Notes: a model not told the origin generated them from the sequence alone. DNA of 64,000 bases from Candidatus Poribacteria bacterium (GCA_965218095.1 OZ244587.1:576001-640000), one strand, 5' to 3'. Counted from the first letter of the stretch, positions 50,960-61,532 are shown. Translations and numbers: made by a program.

Positions 50960-52897
50960 CTATTTCAAGATCACCATCTTCCGCGTTGCGGAATAATCTC
51001 CGGCAGACAGGTGATAGAAGTACATACCACTTGCCACCCGCTCACCGAACTCGTTTCTCCCATCCCAATAGACCGCCTTTGACCGACTCTCGTAGGCAGA
51101 CGCAATCCGATGCCCAACGTCGAGCGTACGGACGACCCGACCGATGCCGTCATAGATGGTCAACGTGACAAAAGCATCTTCTGCCAACCGATACGGTATC
51201 CACGTTTCGGGGTTGAATGGATTGGGATAGTTTGGCAACAGGGCCATCTCTGTTGGTGTCAGGGATGCCAAGAGCTGTTCAAGCACCACAATCCCCCTCG
51301 CCATCGTGGCATCCTTAACCTCAAGCGACCTCGCGTCGGTCAGCCACTGTTGAACGTCTGCCGCCGTGAGCATCTCAAATGCTTGTGGATGCGCTGAAGG
51401 CGCGGATGCCGCATTCCCAAACGCGCCCGCAACCAACACCAGATCCAGAATATTGACAACCCCATCTCCGTTGACATCCGCCGCCAGATCTGGCCCTTCA
51501 TTCCCGAAACCGGACGCAACCAACACCAGATCTAGGATATTCACGTCACCGTCACTATTCACATCCCCCGCAATCGGTGGCGGCTCAGTGTCGGAGACGA
51601 CCTTAAAGGCCACCGTTTGCTCAAATTCAGCGGCAGACACAGAGACGGTGTTCGTTCCCGGGTTCGGCCCCAGCGTGAGCGTACTCTCTGCCCTGCCGTT
51701 TTCATCGGTCATTGTGCGTGTGGCATTGAGCGTTCCACCACCTGCGGTGACGGCAAACGTGACCGGAACCCTCTCAAGCACTGAACCGTTCTCATCCTGT
51801 ACTTCAACGACAAACGGGTTCGCCAGGGCCGCACCGGACACGCCTTTCTGGTTATCGCCTGAGATTTTCAAAAGGGCGGGATGCGCTTGGTCGTCAAAGT
51901 ATACCGTAACCCCTCTGCCAGTGAGGGTTGGAATGTGGGTGTGGATGGATGTGTAGCTCAGGGGGTTTCTCGTCACATCAACCGCGTCTCCACCCCCCAA
52001 TCCCGTGTTTGCCACCAGGGGCGAGATGTCCGATATCGAGTTGACCGAAAGCCCCAGCCATGTCAGATTGGTTAATCCCGACACAGGCGAGATGTCCGAT
52101 ATTGAGTTCGCGCCAAGCTCCAGCCATGTCAGATTGGTTAATCCCGACACAGGCGAGATGTCCGATATCGAGTTTTCGTCAAGCTCCAGCTCTGTCAGAT
52201 TGGTTAATCCCGACACAGGCGAGATGTCCGATATCGAGTTCACGCTAAGACTCAGCTCTGTCAGATTAGTTAATCCCGACACAGGCGAGATGTCCGATAT
52301 CGAGTTGCCCCAAAGACTCAGCCCTGTCAGATTGGTTAATCCCGACACAGGCGAGATGTCCGATATCAAGTTGTCCGAAAGACCCAGCCATGTCAGATTG
52401 GTTAATCCCGACACAGGCGAGATGTCCGATATCGAGTTCCTGCTAAGACTCAGCCCTGTCAGATTAGTTAATCCCGACACAGGCGAGATGTCCGATATCG
52501 AGTTGCCCCAAAGATTCAGCCCTGTCAGATTGGTTAATCCCGACACAGACGAGATGTCCGATATCGAGTTGTCCCAAAGATCCAGCTCTGTCAGATTGGT
52601 TAATCCCGACACAGGCGAGATGTCCGATATCAAGTTGTCCCAAAGATTCAGCTCTGTCAGATTGGTTGCAAACTCAAGCCCGGTCAGGTCTCGGATTTCC
52701 GCATCCTGTGCATTAAGGCGCGTCAAAGTTGCCATATCCGCCGTGGTGATTGTGGCGCCGGACGCTTTGCCGAGAGTGGTCTCAATCGCAGCGCGGAGGT
52801 TGGCGTCGGGGATGTCTACCATTTGCGCTGTTGCCATCAACGGAATTGAGAGGCAAATCAACAGGAATAAAGTGAAACGAAGAAGTTGCTTTTTCAC
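50960..52897 (-). CDS. Secreted internalin-like LRR protein with Big_1, dockerin-like and FlgD-Ig-like C-terminal domains
   Basis: Signal peptide, 'IPDANLR' cap, ten 22-aa LRRs, 'SGDNQ' Ig, 'DVNSDGDVNILDLV' x2, 'NYPNPFNPETWIPY'. Confidence 0.88.
   Translation of the reverse strand: MKKQLLRFTLFLLICLSIPLMATAQMVDIPDANLRAAIETTLGKASGATITTADMATLTRLNAQDAEIRDLTGLEFATNLTELNLWDNLISDISPVSGLTNLTELDLWDNSISDISSVSGLTNLTGLNLWGNSISDISPVSGLTNLTGLSLSRNSISDISPVSGLTNLTWLGLSDNLISDISPVSGLTNLTGLSLWGNSISDISPVSGLTNLTELSLSVNSISDISPVSGLTNLTELELDENSISDISPVSGLTNLTWLELGANSISDISPVSGLTNLTWLGLSVNSISDISPLVANTGLGGGDAVDVTRNPLSYTSIHTHIPTLTGRGVTVYFDDQAHPALLKISGDNQKGVSGAALANPFVVEVQDENGSVLERVPVTFAVTAGGGTLNATRTMTDENGRAESTLTLGPNPGTNTVSVSAAEFEQTVAFKVVSDTEPPPIAGDVNSDGDVNILDLVLVASGFGNEGPDLAADVNGDGVVNILDLVLVAGAFGNAASAPSAHPQAFEMLTAADVQQWLTDARSLEVKDATMARGIVVLEQLLASLTPTEMALLPNYPNPFNPETWIPYRLAEDAFVTLTIYDGIGRVVRTLDVGHRIASAYESRSKAVYWDGRNEFGERVASGMYFYHLSAGDYSATRKMVILK
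52010..52666 (-). repeat. Ten tandem 66-bp LRR-coding repeats
   Basis: Scaffold ATATCGGACATCTCGCCTGTGTCGGGATTAACCAATCTGACA near-identical in each unit. Confidence 0.95.
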
Positions 52898-52914
52898 AGA
52901 TTTATCTCCTTTGT

Positions 52915-53255
52915 AGTTAAGAATGTGTGTGAGAGGCATCTGTGCCTTGATCGTCGGGACAACCCCCCGTCCCCCTTATCAGGGAGAGAGGTAGAAAATC
53001 AGGAGAGAGGCAGAGAGCCTCGCTACGGAACCCCGTGACGATCAGAATACCACAAAGTCAGGTTAAAGTCAACCTTTTTTAACACTTGACAAGTGCCCTG
53101 AAATAGAAATTTCAAAAGATATGTTCGTTTTTTTATAATCGCTTCCGATTCAGAAGGTCACGGACTACCCGCAAGATATTGTCGCCTAGTCAAAGCATCG
53201 GGATAGAAAAAGCCCCACCCGAATCAAACGGATGGGGCTTTGTTACTTCTACAGT
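52915..53255. repeat. Intergenic regulatory unit, copy A (terminator + promoter + REP-containing leader)
   Basis: Near-identical to 54682-55025; minus-strand TTGACT-N17-TATTCT with TG extension (53072-53044). Confidence 0.9.
53207..53244. terminator. Intrinsic terminator, possibly bidirectional (twin at ~54977-55014)
   Basis: AAAAAGCCCCA..TGGGGCTTTGTT. Confidence 0.7.
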
Positions 53256-53289
53256 ATATCTACCGACCCACTGATAGGGGATCCCTCCC

Positions 53290-54663
53290 CTACTTCAGAA
53301 TCACCATCTTCTGCGTGGCGGAATAATCCCCGGCGGACAGGTGATAGAAGTAAATCCCACTTGCTACCCGCTCTCCAAACTTGTTTCTGCCATCCCAGTA
53401 AGCCGCCTTAAACCGACTCGTGTAAATCCCCGCGATCCGATGCCCAACGTCGATCGTACGGACGATGCGACCACTCCGGTCGTAGATGGTTAAGGTAACG
53501 AAAGCATCCTCTCTCAAATGATACGGTATCCAAGTCCCTAGGCGGAATGGATTCGGATAGCTCGGCAACCCTTTCGTGCATACAAAAGGGTATTGTACCC
53601 GACCCCCCCTCTCTCTTAGGACTGCGATGTCCGGGTGGTTGGCTGGGAAGTTCGAGTGGTTCCACACAGTAATCCAGTCACCGTCCCCCAATCCTGTATT
53701 TGCTACTAGAGGTGATAAGTCGAATATCGGATTGTAGGCAAGATACAGAGATTCCAGATTGGTTAAGCCTGTCACCGCCGAAATGTCTGATATGAAGTTG
53801 TTGTCAAGTCTCAACCCTGTTAAATTAGTTAAACCTGCCACCGCCGAAATATCCGATATAAAGTTGTCTCCAAGATACAGCTCTGTCAAGTTGGTTAAGC
53901 CTGCTACAGGCGAAATATCCGATATTGAATTGCCATCAAGATCTAACTCTGTCAAGTTGGTTAAGCTCGCTATCGCCGTGATGTCTGATATCAAGTTATT
54001 CTCAAGATACAGCCTTGTCAAGTTGGTTAAGCCCGCCACCCCCGTGATGTTTGATATTGAGTTATCCTGAAGAAGTAAATTCGTTAAGTTAGTTAAGCCT
54101 GCCACTGCCGTGATGTCCGATATTGAGTTATCCTGAAGAAGTAGAGTTGTCAGGTTGGTTAAGCCTGCTACAGGCGAAATATCCGATATTTGATTGTGCC
54201 CAAGCCCCAACGATGTCAGGTTAGTTAAGCCTGCTATAGGCGAAATATCCGATATTTGATTGTGCCCAAGCCCCAACGATGTCAAGTTGGTTAAGCCTGC
54301 TACAGACGAAATATCCGATATTGGATTGCCCCCAAGCCCCAACGATGTCAAGTTGGTTAAGCCTGCTATAGGTGAAATATCCGATATTGAATGACTGTCG
54401 TAAAGATACAGCTCTGTCAGGTTAATCGCATGGTCAAGACTGGTCAAATCGCTAACGCCCCTTTCCTGTTCCTGCATAGCGATTGACGTCAAAGTCGCCA
54501 TCTCTGTCACAGTGATTGGGGTTCCGGGTGCTTTGCCAAGTACTCTTTCAATGTAATCGCGGAGGGTGGGGTCAGGGATGTCTACCGTTTGCGCCGTCGC
54601 CATCAATTGAATTGAGAGGCAAATCAACAGGAAAAAAGTGAAACGAAGAAGTTGTCTTTTCAT
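53290..54663 (-). CDS. Secreted internalin-like LRR protein with FlgD-Ig-like C-terminus
   Basis: Signal peptide nearly the same as the neighbour's, ~11 LRRs, 'SYPNPF..TWIPY...QKMVILK'. Confidence 0.88.
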   Translation of the reverse strand: MKRQLLRFTFFLLICLSIQLMATAQTVDIPDPTLRDYIERVLGKAPGTPITVTEMATLTSIAMQEQERGVSDLTSLDHAINLTELYLYDSHSISDISPIAGLTNLTSLGLGGNPISDISSVAGLTNLTSLGLGHNQISDISPIAGLTNLTSLGLGHNQISDISPVAGLTNLTTLLLQDNSISDITAVAGLTNLTNLLLQDNSISNITGVAGLTNLTRLYLENNLISDITAIASLTNLTELDLDGNSISDISPVAGLTNLTELYLGDNFISDISAVAGLTNLTGLRLDNNFISDISAVTGLTNLESLYLAYNPIFDLSPLVANTGLGDGDWITVWNHSNFPANHPDIAVLRERGGRVQYPFVCTKGLPSYPNPFRLGTWIPYHLREDAFVTLTIYDRSGRIVRTIDVGHRIAGIYTSRFKAAYWDGRNKFGERVASGIYFYHLSAGDYSATQKMVILK

Positions 54664-54681
54664 GAATTTTGATTCTTTTAT

Positions 54682-55025
54682 AGGTTAAGATGTGTGTGAG
54701 AGGCATCTGTGCCTCGATTGTCGGGACAACCCCCCTGCCCCCCTTATCAAGGGGGAGAGGTAGAAAATCAGGAGAGAGGCAGAGAGCCTCGCTACGGAAC
54801 CCCGTGGTGATCAAAATACCACAAAGTCAGGTTAAAAGTCAACCTTTTTTAGCACTTGACAAAGTGCCCTGAAATAGAAATTTCAAAAGATATGTTCTTT
54901 TTTTATAATCGCTTCCGATTCAGAGGGTCACGGACCACCCGCAAGATATTGTCGCCTAGTCAAAGCATCGGGATAGAAAAAGCCCCACCCGAATCAAACG
55001 GATGGGGCTTTGTTACTTCTACGTA
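54682..55025. repeat. Intergenic regulatory unit, copy B
   Basis: Direct repeat of 52915-53255. Confidence 0.9.
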
Positions 55026-55067
55026 TATCTACCGCCCTACTGACTTGCAAGGATATTAACCCCTCCC

Positions 55068-58000
55068 CTACTTCAAGATGACCATCTTCCGCGTTGCGGA
55101 ATAATCCCCGGCGGACAGGTGATAGAAGTACATACCACTTGCCACCCGCTCACCGAACTCGTTTCTGCCATCCCAGTAGATCGCCTTTGACCGACTCTCG
55201 TAGACCGCCGCAATCCGATGCCCAACCTTGAGCGTGCGGACGACACGACCGATGCTGTCATAGATGGTCAACGTGACGAAAGCATCCTCCGCCAACCGAT
55301 ACGGTATCCACGTTTCGGGGTTGAACGGATTCGGATAGTTCCGCAATAGCACTGTCTCCGAAGGAAGCTCTTGGACGATTAGCCCCGGCAACTGAATCCG
55401 GCTGCGTCTCACATCTTCAGCGGTTACGGTATATCGCAACGGTTGCACGCCGATGGAGACATCGGGAGATATGGCAGAGATTTCAAGGATATCCCCAATC
55501 GCTGCCGCTCGCCCGCCCGCTATATCAACAACGGTGAGTTGATAGGCAATCTGCGATGAAGCACTGTCTGTCTCTTCAATCACGCCGGTGACCGCGCTGC
55601 CGGTCGTAGACTCTCGGTCTTTGACCGGAGTTGAGAGGTTTTTAACGATGAGGCGGAATCCTGCGCCGTTGGTACGACTCACTTCATCAACAATCGAACC
55701 GCTCAACACCAGAACAGGGGTAACTCCAGTCACTTGGATACCCCCTGTCGTTAGTGGTGGCGCAGCCATTGTGCCGGCGGCGGTGTTATCCCAACCATCG
55801 CCGGAGATAGTAACTGTTGCAGCTTCGGTAGCGGTCAAGAGGAAGGATTGTCCGCCCGTGACCGGGATATCCCCGTCATCGTCCACCCATCCGACCGCCT
55901 TGAACGCTCCATTATCCGAAACAATAATCACGGAGACAACCCCCGCAATCCCTTCGAGTGCGAACAGGTTGCTCACACGCGCTATGCTTGAATCTCTCAA
56001 TGGCAGCCCCACAAGGTTGCGACCTTGGTTTAAGGTGATAGTGCTCATCCCGTCTGTACCAAGCGCATCACCACCCAACCTAACAGAGACCGGGGCTTTC
56101 ATACTAGCGATGATACCGGTATCATTGGTCAAGGTCTTATCGGCGGTGCTCCCTCGACTCGAGTTCCCAAGATAGCTGTGCCACGCCTGTGTGTCGGTGT
56201 CATAGGTAATAAGAAGGTTAACGGTATCCGCGCCACCAAGTGCATTGTAGAGGTGAGCAACCGATTCGATGGCACCCGCTACGCCGTCAACTGCCCTCAC
56301 CTTTAGTGGCACGTGAATCAAGCTGATACCTGATGGCACGGAGAGGTCAAATTCAAGCAGTTCAGCGATGGCGTTAAAGGTCACCATTTCGGTAATTCCT
56401 TCGACACTGACCTCGACCGTATTTGTGCCGGGGGCGTTTCCAAGGGTCAGGGTACTTTGTGCCAAGCCGTTGGCATCAGTGTCTACGCTTGTATCACTCA
56501 GTGACCCCCCGCCTGCGCTGGCAACAAAGGTTACAGTCACCCCTTCCATCAGGTCGTCGTACTGATCGCGGACTTCAACCACAAAGGGATTCGCCAACGC
56601 TTCACCGGTCAACCCGTTCTGATTATTGCCTGAAACGCTCTCTAGTGCCGTCGGCATTGGCGGTAGGGTAGTCGCTTCCGCACTAAAGACCACCGTCTGG
56701 GAAATACCTTCGACACTGACCTCGACGGTGTTTGTGCCGGGGGCGTTTCCAAGGGTCAGGGTACTTTGTGCTAAGCCGTTGGCATCAGTGTCTACGCTTG
56801 TATCACTCAGTGAACCGCCACCTGCGCTGACAGCAAAGGTTACAGTCACCCCTTCCATCAGGTCGTCGTACTGATCGCGGACTTCAACCACAAAGGGATT
56901 CGCCAACGCTTCACCGGTCATGCCGTTCTGATTATCGCCTGAAATGATTGATAGAGCTGTCAGCATTGGCGGGGATGGTGGTTCTTGCTGTTGTCCCGAT
57001 TGCTCTGGTTCCTGTTGTTGTTGCTGTTGTGGTAGCGTTTGCTCCTGTTGTTGTTCTGACGTTGAGGTTTCAATTGTCGCAGTACCACTCACAGAACTGT
57101 CACCAACCGACGCTGTGACTGTGTAGGAGCCGGTGGAACCGCTCCCAGTTGTCAGCGTAGTCTGCGCCTGTCCGTTGCTATCAGTCGTCGCGTTTGTGGG
57201 ATTCAGCGACACAGTCCCATCGTCTGGACTGACGCTAAACGTCACTGTTTTCCCTGGCGCGGCGCTCCCGTCCTCCTGGACCCCAACAGTAAACGTCATA
57301 CTCTCGCCAGAATCGAGGGGCCAAGGACTGTGTGACATAAATAGAGTACGCAATGGTGGTGGTGGGGTATTAACTGTCGCAGTCCCACTCACAGAAATGT
57401 CACCAACCGACGCTTTGACCGTGTATGAACCGGACGCACCGCTTCCAAGTGTTAGTGTAGTAGATGCCTGCCCGTTGCTACCAGTTGTCGCACTTGTGGG
57501 ATTCAGCGACGCATTCCCGTCGCCTGAAGTGATACTAAAGGTCACCGTTTTCCCTGACGCGGCACTCCCGTCCTCCTGAACCTCAACAGTAAATGTCAAC
57601 GTATCACCGGGGTCGCCAGACCCAAGACCACTTACCACACTTATCGATAATTCTGGCAGAGGTGGTGAGGTCTCAACTGTCGCAGTACCACTCACAGAAC
57701 TGTCACCAACCGACGCTGTGACTGTGTAGGAGCCGGTGGAACCGCTCCCAGTTGTCAGCGTAGTCTGCGCCTGTCCGTTGCTATCAGTCGTCGCGCTTGT
57801 GGGATTCAGCGACACAGTCCCATCGTCTGGACTGACGCTAAACGTCACTGTTTTCCCTGGCGCGGCACTCCCGTCCTCTTTGACCGTAACAGTAAACGTC
57901 ATACTCTCGCCAGAATCGAGGGGCCAAGGACTGTGTGACATAAATAGAGTACGCAATGGTGGTGGAGGTGGTGGGGTATTAACTGTCGCAGTCCCGCTGG

Positions 58001-58673
58001 TAGATTTGCTACCAACCGTCGCTGTAATCGTGTATGAACCGGACGCACTATTCCCAAGTGTTAGCGTAGTAGATGCCTGCCCGTTGTTACCAGTTGTCGC
58101 ACTTGTGGGATTCAGCGACGCATTCCCGTCGCCTGAAGTGATACTAAAGGTCACCGTTTTCCCTGACGCGGCACTCCTGTCCTCCTGAACCTCAACAACA
58201 AAGGTCAACGTACTACCGGGGGCACCGGATCCAGGACCACTTACTACACTTATCGATAATTCTGGTGGTGGCGGCGGTGGCGGCGTTGAAGTTTCAACTG
58301 TCACAGTTATACTCTGAGATCGACCATTGTTGAGCGTCCCTGTAACCGTGTATGACCCAGATGCACTACTGCCAAGTGTTAGTGTAGTGGATGTCAGTCC
58401 GTTTCTACCAGTTGTCGCACTTGTGGGATCCAAAGACGCAGTCCCATCATCTGGACTCACGCTAAACGTCACTGCTAGCCCTGGCACGGGTGGCGATTCG
58501 AAGATGGGACCGGTTAAACGCTCAACGACTCCAAAACCAATCGTAAACTGATCATCGGGCTCGACAGACAAATCATCATATGAAAACATAAATAGGATTT
58601 CTGCTGCTGCCCCCAATGGCATCAAGCCAGAAATCAAACACAACAATATGAAACCAATCAGTTGGTTTTTCAC
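55068..58673 (-). CDS. Invasin/intimin-like Big_1 repeat adhesin with poly-Pro/poly-Gln linkers and FlgD-Ig-like C-terminus
   Basis: Repeated 'VTF...ATT..NGQA.TTLTLG', 'SGDNQ', shared C-terminal domain. Confidence 0.85.
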   Translation of the reverse strand: MKNQLIGFILLCLISGLMPLGAAAEILFMFSYDDLSVEPDDQFTIGFGVVERLTGPIFESPPVPGLAVTFSVSPDDGTASLDPTSATTGRNGLTSTTLTLGSSASGSYTVTGTLNNGRSQSITVTVETSTPPPPPPPELSISVVSGPGSGAPGSTLTFVVEVQEDRSAASGKTVTFSITSGDGNASLNPTSATTGNNGQASTTLTLGNSASGSYTITATVGSKSTSGTATVNTPPPPPPLRTLFMSHSPWPLDSGESMTFTVTVKEDGSAAPGKTVTFSVSPDDGTVSLNPTSATTDSNGQAQTTLTTGSGSTGSYTVTASVGDSSVSGTATVETSPPLPELSISVVSGLGSGDPGDTLTFTVEVQEDGSAASGKTVTFSITSGDGNASLNPTSATTGSNGQASTTLTLGSGASGSYTVKASVGDISVSGTATVNTPPPPLRTLFMSHSPWPLDSGESMTFTVGVQEDGSAAPGKTVTFSVSPDDGTVSLNPTNATTDSNGQAQTTLTTGSGSTGSYTVTASVGDSSVSGTATIETSTSEQQQEQTLPQQQQQQEPEQSGQQQEPPSPPMLTALSIISGDNQNGMTGEALANPFVVEVRDQYDDLMEGVTVTFAVSAGGGSLSDTSVDTDANGLAQSTLTLGNAPGTNTVEVSVEGISQTVVFSAEATTLPPMPTALESVSGNNQNGLTGEALANPFVVEVRDQYDDLMEGVTVTFVASAGGGSLSDTSVDTDANGLAQSTLTLGNAPGTNTVEVSVEGITEMVTFNAIAELLEFDLSVPSGISLIHVPLKVRAVDGVAGAIESVAHLYNALGGADTVNLLITYDTDTQAWHSYLGNSSRGSTADKTLTNDTGIIASMKAPVSVRLGGDALGTDGMSTITLNQGRNLVGLPLRDSSIARVSNLFALEGIAGVVSVIIVSDNGAFKAVGWVDDDGDIPVTGGQSFLLTATEAATVTISGDGWDNTAAGTMAAPPLTTGGIQVTGVTPVLVLSGSIVDEVSRTNGAGFRLIVKNLSTPVKDRESTTGSAVTGVIEETDSASSQIAYQLTVVDIAGGRAAAIGDILEISAISPDVSIGVQPLRYTVTAEDVRRSRIQLPGLIVQELPSETVLLRNYPNPFNPETWIPYRLAEDAFVTLTIYDSIGRVVRTLKVGHRIAAVYESRSKAIYWDGRNEFGERVASGMYFYHLSAGDYSATRKMVILK

Positions 58674-59228
58674 AATTTTAACTCCTTAGAATTCGGTTGG
58701 TGGTGAGTAAGTGGATTCGATGTTTCCGTATACCTGTCGCCCTGCTATAAACATGATACCCCTGACGGAGCTTTAGGGGAGGGTGTGCACCCGTTTTTAT
58801 ATTTCAACTTGCTTAGGCACGTTAATTTGGGTCATTTCGTTTTCCACGAGTACCCGCCCGATGGTATTGGAAAAACAAAATTCGGGTTTCAGAAGTGCCT
58901 GAAACCCCCTCTATGAGTGAGTTTCAAGCATTAATGATCGCATATTTTTTCGGTGATGTCAAGAAAAAATGCACTTTTATGACACTTCTGGGCAGTTTTT
59001 TTGACATTCTGTTTATTGTCGTTATGGGCTAAAATTTACGGTTGATTAAGTGCTATACACCTTTCGCACCACTGATGTTTTAGGTAGCAACTTGGGGGAA
59101 TGGGACCTAAACCGAGCAAATCACCGCTCGCAGCCAAGCAGGGCTGATAAATAGAACGCAACGCAGAACACCAAAAAACATGCAAAATACCCCAGGTTCC
59201 GATAGATAGCAACTCGGGTTAAGGTTAA

Positions 59229-59286
59229 GTAGTCGCGCAATTCATGGCGCGTCTGGACCAATAGGCGATGAATCACCCAACTGCGG
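59229..59286. repeat. GTAG-type REPIN-like element
   Basis: GTAGTCGCGCAATTCATGGCGCG ... GCGATGAATCACCCAACTGC; related half at ~50127. Confidence 0.45.
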
Positions 59287-59583
59287 CCGCGGTGATCAGA
59301 ATACCACAAAGTCAACGTTTATTTTGAGTAAAGGTAAGGCATGCCGTGCGCCTACTTGGCATCGGGAGAAGCATCCCCCTCCTACAAACGATTTTTGACG
59401 ATACCCTTCTGTCAGCATAAAACAAGCGCTCGTTGTAGGAATCAGGTTGACAAGCTTGAGAATCTTTCCTATAATTTCCGAACCCTCCACTGATGCTTGA
59501 GAGCGAGGGGTAAGTTTAGACCGGAAGGTTATACTGAATTCTTATTGTATATTACTATTGCAACAAAATCGAGGAGAAAAGCC

Positions 59584-61329
59584 ATGAAAAACGCGACAAC
59601 TGAAACAAAAGGTACGGAGAAAAACAACGAGACGGCTACGGGCGATTCAATTGTCTCCACTGACTTTATTCGGCAGGCGGTTAAGGAAGACTTGCGGACA
59701 AACAGGTTTGGCGGGCGGGTTCATACACGGTTTCCGCCGGAGCCGAACGGCTATCTACATCTTGGGAATACGACAGCCTTCTGCCTTGATTTCGGTATCG
59801 CCGAAGATTTCGGTGGGCTTTGCAATTTGCGCTTCGATGATACCAATCCAACAAAGGAAAACACCGAATATGTCGAATCGATGAAAAAAGATGTGCGGTG
59901 GCTTGGATTCGATTGGGAAGACCGGGAGTTCTACGCCTCGGACTACTTTGAACAACTCTACGAATATGCCGTGAAACTCATCAGGAAAGGGAAGGCGTAC
60001 GTTTGCGATTTAAGTCCAGATGAAATCCGGGAATACCGCGGCACTTTGACGGAACCGGGGATGGACAGTCCGTATCGCAACCGTTCTGTTGAGGAGAATT
60101 TGGATCTGTTCAAACGCATGCGTGCTGGAGAATTCCCGGATGCCTCCCGCACGCTTCGTGCAAAGATTGATATGACGTCGCCAAATCTGAACATGCGCGA
60201 TCCGGTCATGTACCGAATTCTGCACGCAACCCATTACCGGCAGGGTGATAAGTGGTGCATCTATCCGACGTATGACTTTGCCCATGGACAGTCAGATTCC
60301 ATCGAAGGCATAACCCACTCGCTTTGCTCACAGGAATTTGAAGATCACCGTCCATTGTATGATTGGTACCTTGACGAATTGGAAATCTATCATCCGCGGC
60401 AGATTGAGTTTGCCCGCCGCAATTTTAGCTATACTGTGGTGAGCAAGCGATGGTTGATCCGGTTGGTGGAGGAGGGGCATGTCAACGGGTGGGACGATCC
60501 GCGACTGCCAACACTATCCGGTATGCGGAGACGTGGCTACACACCAGAGGCAATCCGAGACTTCTGTAATCGCATCGGCATGTCAAAAAGCGATAATCTG
60601 ATCGATATTTCCTTGCTTGAATACTGCCTCCGCCAAGATTTGAATATACGCGCGCCGCGTGTGATGGCTGTATTGCGTCCACTGAAGGTGATTATTGACA
60701 ACTATCCAGAGGGCAAAGTCGAAGAGCTAGACGCTGAGAACAATCCGGAGGACGAGAGCACAGGGTCACGAAAGATTCCGTTTTCACGCGAGATTTATAT
60801 CGAACGGGAAGATTTTATGGAAGACCCACCGCGGAAATACTTCCGCTTGGCGCCCGGTCGTGAAGTTCGGCTGAAACATGCCTATTATATCACATGTGTT
60901 GGTGTGGTTAAGGACGAGCAGACGGGAGAAGTGACCGAGCTCCATTGTACTTATGACCCGAAGACGCGAGGGGGTTGGTCTGAAGACGGACGCAAGGTCA
61001 GGGGGACGTTGCACTGGATTTCAACCCCTCACGCGCTTGAAGCCGAAGTCCGCTTATTTGACTATCTCTTCACCAAACCCAACCCCAACGATGTCGAAGC
61101 AGGCTCGGATTTCAGGGAGTCTCTGAATCCAAACTCTTTGGAGGTATTGAGGTCGTGCCGAGTTGAATCCAGTCTGGCCGATGCGGCATCGGGAAGTCAC
61201 TACCAGTTTCTCAGAACAGGGTATTTCTGCGTAGACCCCGATTCCTCCGATGGAAAACTCGTATTCAATCGGACGGTCACGTTGCGGGATACCTGGGCAA
61301 AAATCCAGAGAGCGCAGCAGCGTCAGTGA
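59584..61329 (+). CDS. glnS: Glutaminyl-tRNA synthetase (atypical HIGH motif)
   Basis: '[12 protein letters not shown]', 'RFDDTNP', '[10 protein letters not shown]', 'FNRTVTLRD'. Confidence 0.9.
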   Translation: MKNATTETKGTEKNNETATGDSIVSTDFIRQAVKEDLRTNRFGGRVHTRFPPEPNGYLHLGNTTAFCLDFGIAEDFGGLCNLRFDDTNPTKENTEYVESMKKDVRWLGFDWEDREFYASDYFEQLYEYAVKLIRKGKAYVCDLSPDEIREYRGTLTEPGMDSPYRNRSVEENLDLFKRMRAGEFPDASRTLRAKIDMTSPNLNMRDPVMYRILHATHYRQGDKWCIYPTYDFAHGQSDSIEGITHSLCSQEFEDHRPLYDWYLDELEIYHPRQIEFARRNFSYTVVSKRWLIRLVEEGHVNGWDDPRLPTLSGMRRRGYTPEAIRDFCNRIGMSKSDNLIDISLLEYCLRQDLNIRAPRVMAVLRPLKVIIDNYPEGKVEELDAENNPEDESTGSRKIPFSREIYIEREDFMEDPPRKYFRLAPGREVRLKHAYYITCVGVVKDEQTGEVTELHCTYDPKTRGGWSEDGRKVRGTLHWISTPHALEAEVRLFDYLFTKPNPNDVEAGSDFRESLNPNSLEVLRSCRVESSLADAASGSHYQFLRTGYFCVDPDSSDGKLVFNRTVTLRDTWAKIQRAQQRQ

Positions 61330-61355
61330 GGGAAATCGTGAATGCCATGAGAAAA

Positions 61356-61532
61356 GTCAACTACCCTGCCCTGAAAGATGGGACTTGTAACCCCCCTGAC
61401 AAGGGGGGACAGGAAGACGTCCCCTTTGTCAGACCCCCTTTTCAGGGGGTTATCTCGATTTTTTTGCAAGAAAAAAGAAGGCACGGTTTCCTCCCCAGTC
61501 TAAAGACATGGGGTCTCCACCGTGAAGATTTG
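61356..61532 (+). mobile_element. Non-autonomous IS200/IS605 (IscB/HEARO-type ends) miniature element
   Basis: Left GTCAACTACCCTGCCCTGAAAGATGGGACTTG; right TTCCTCCCCAGTCTAAAGACATGGGGTCTCCAC..TTTG followed by ATGA; no ORF. Confidence 0.6.

Noticed and set aside
52010-52666. CRISPR array (conserved repeats with short variable spacers)
   Set aside because: Period is exactly 66 nt, in frame within an LRR gene; the variable parts are related codons; no cas genes
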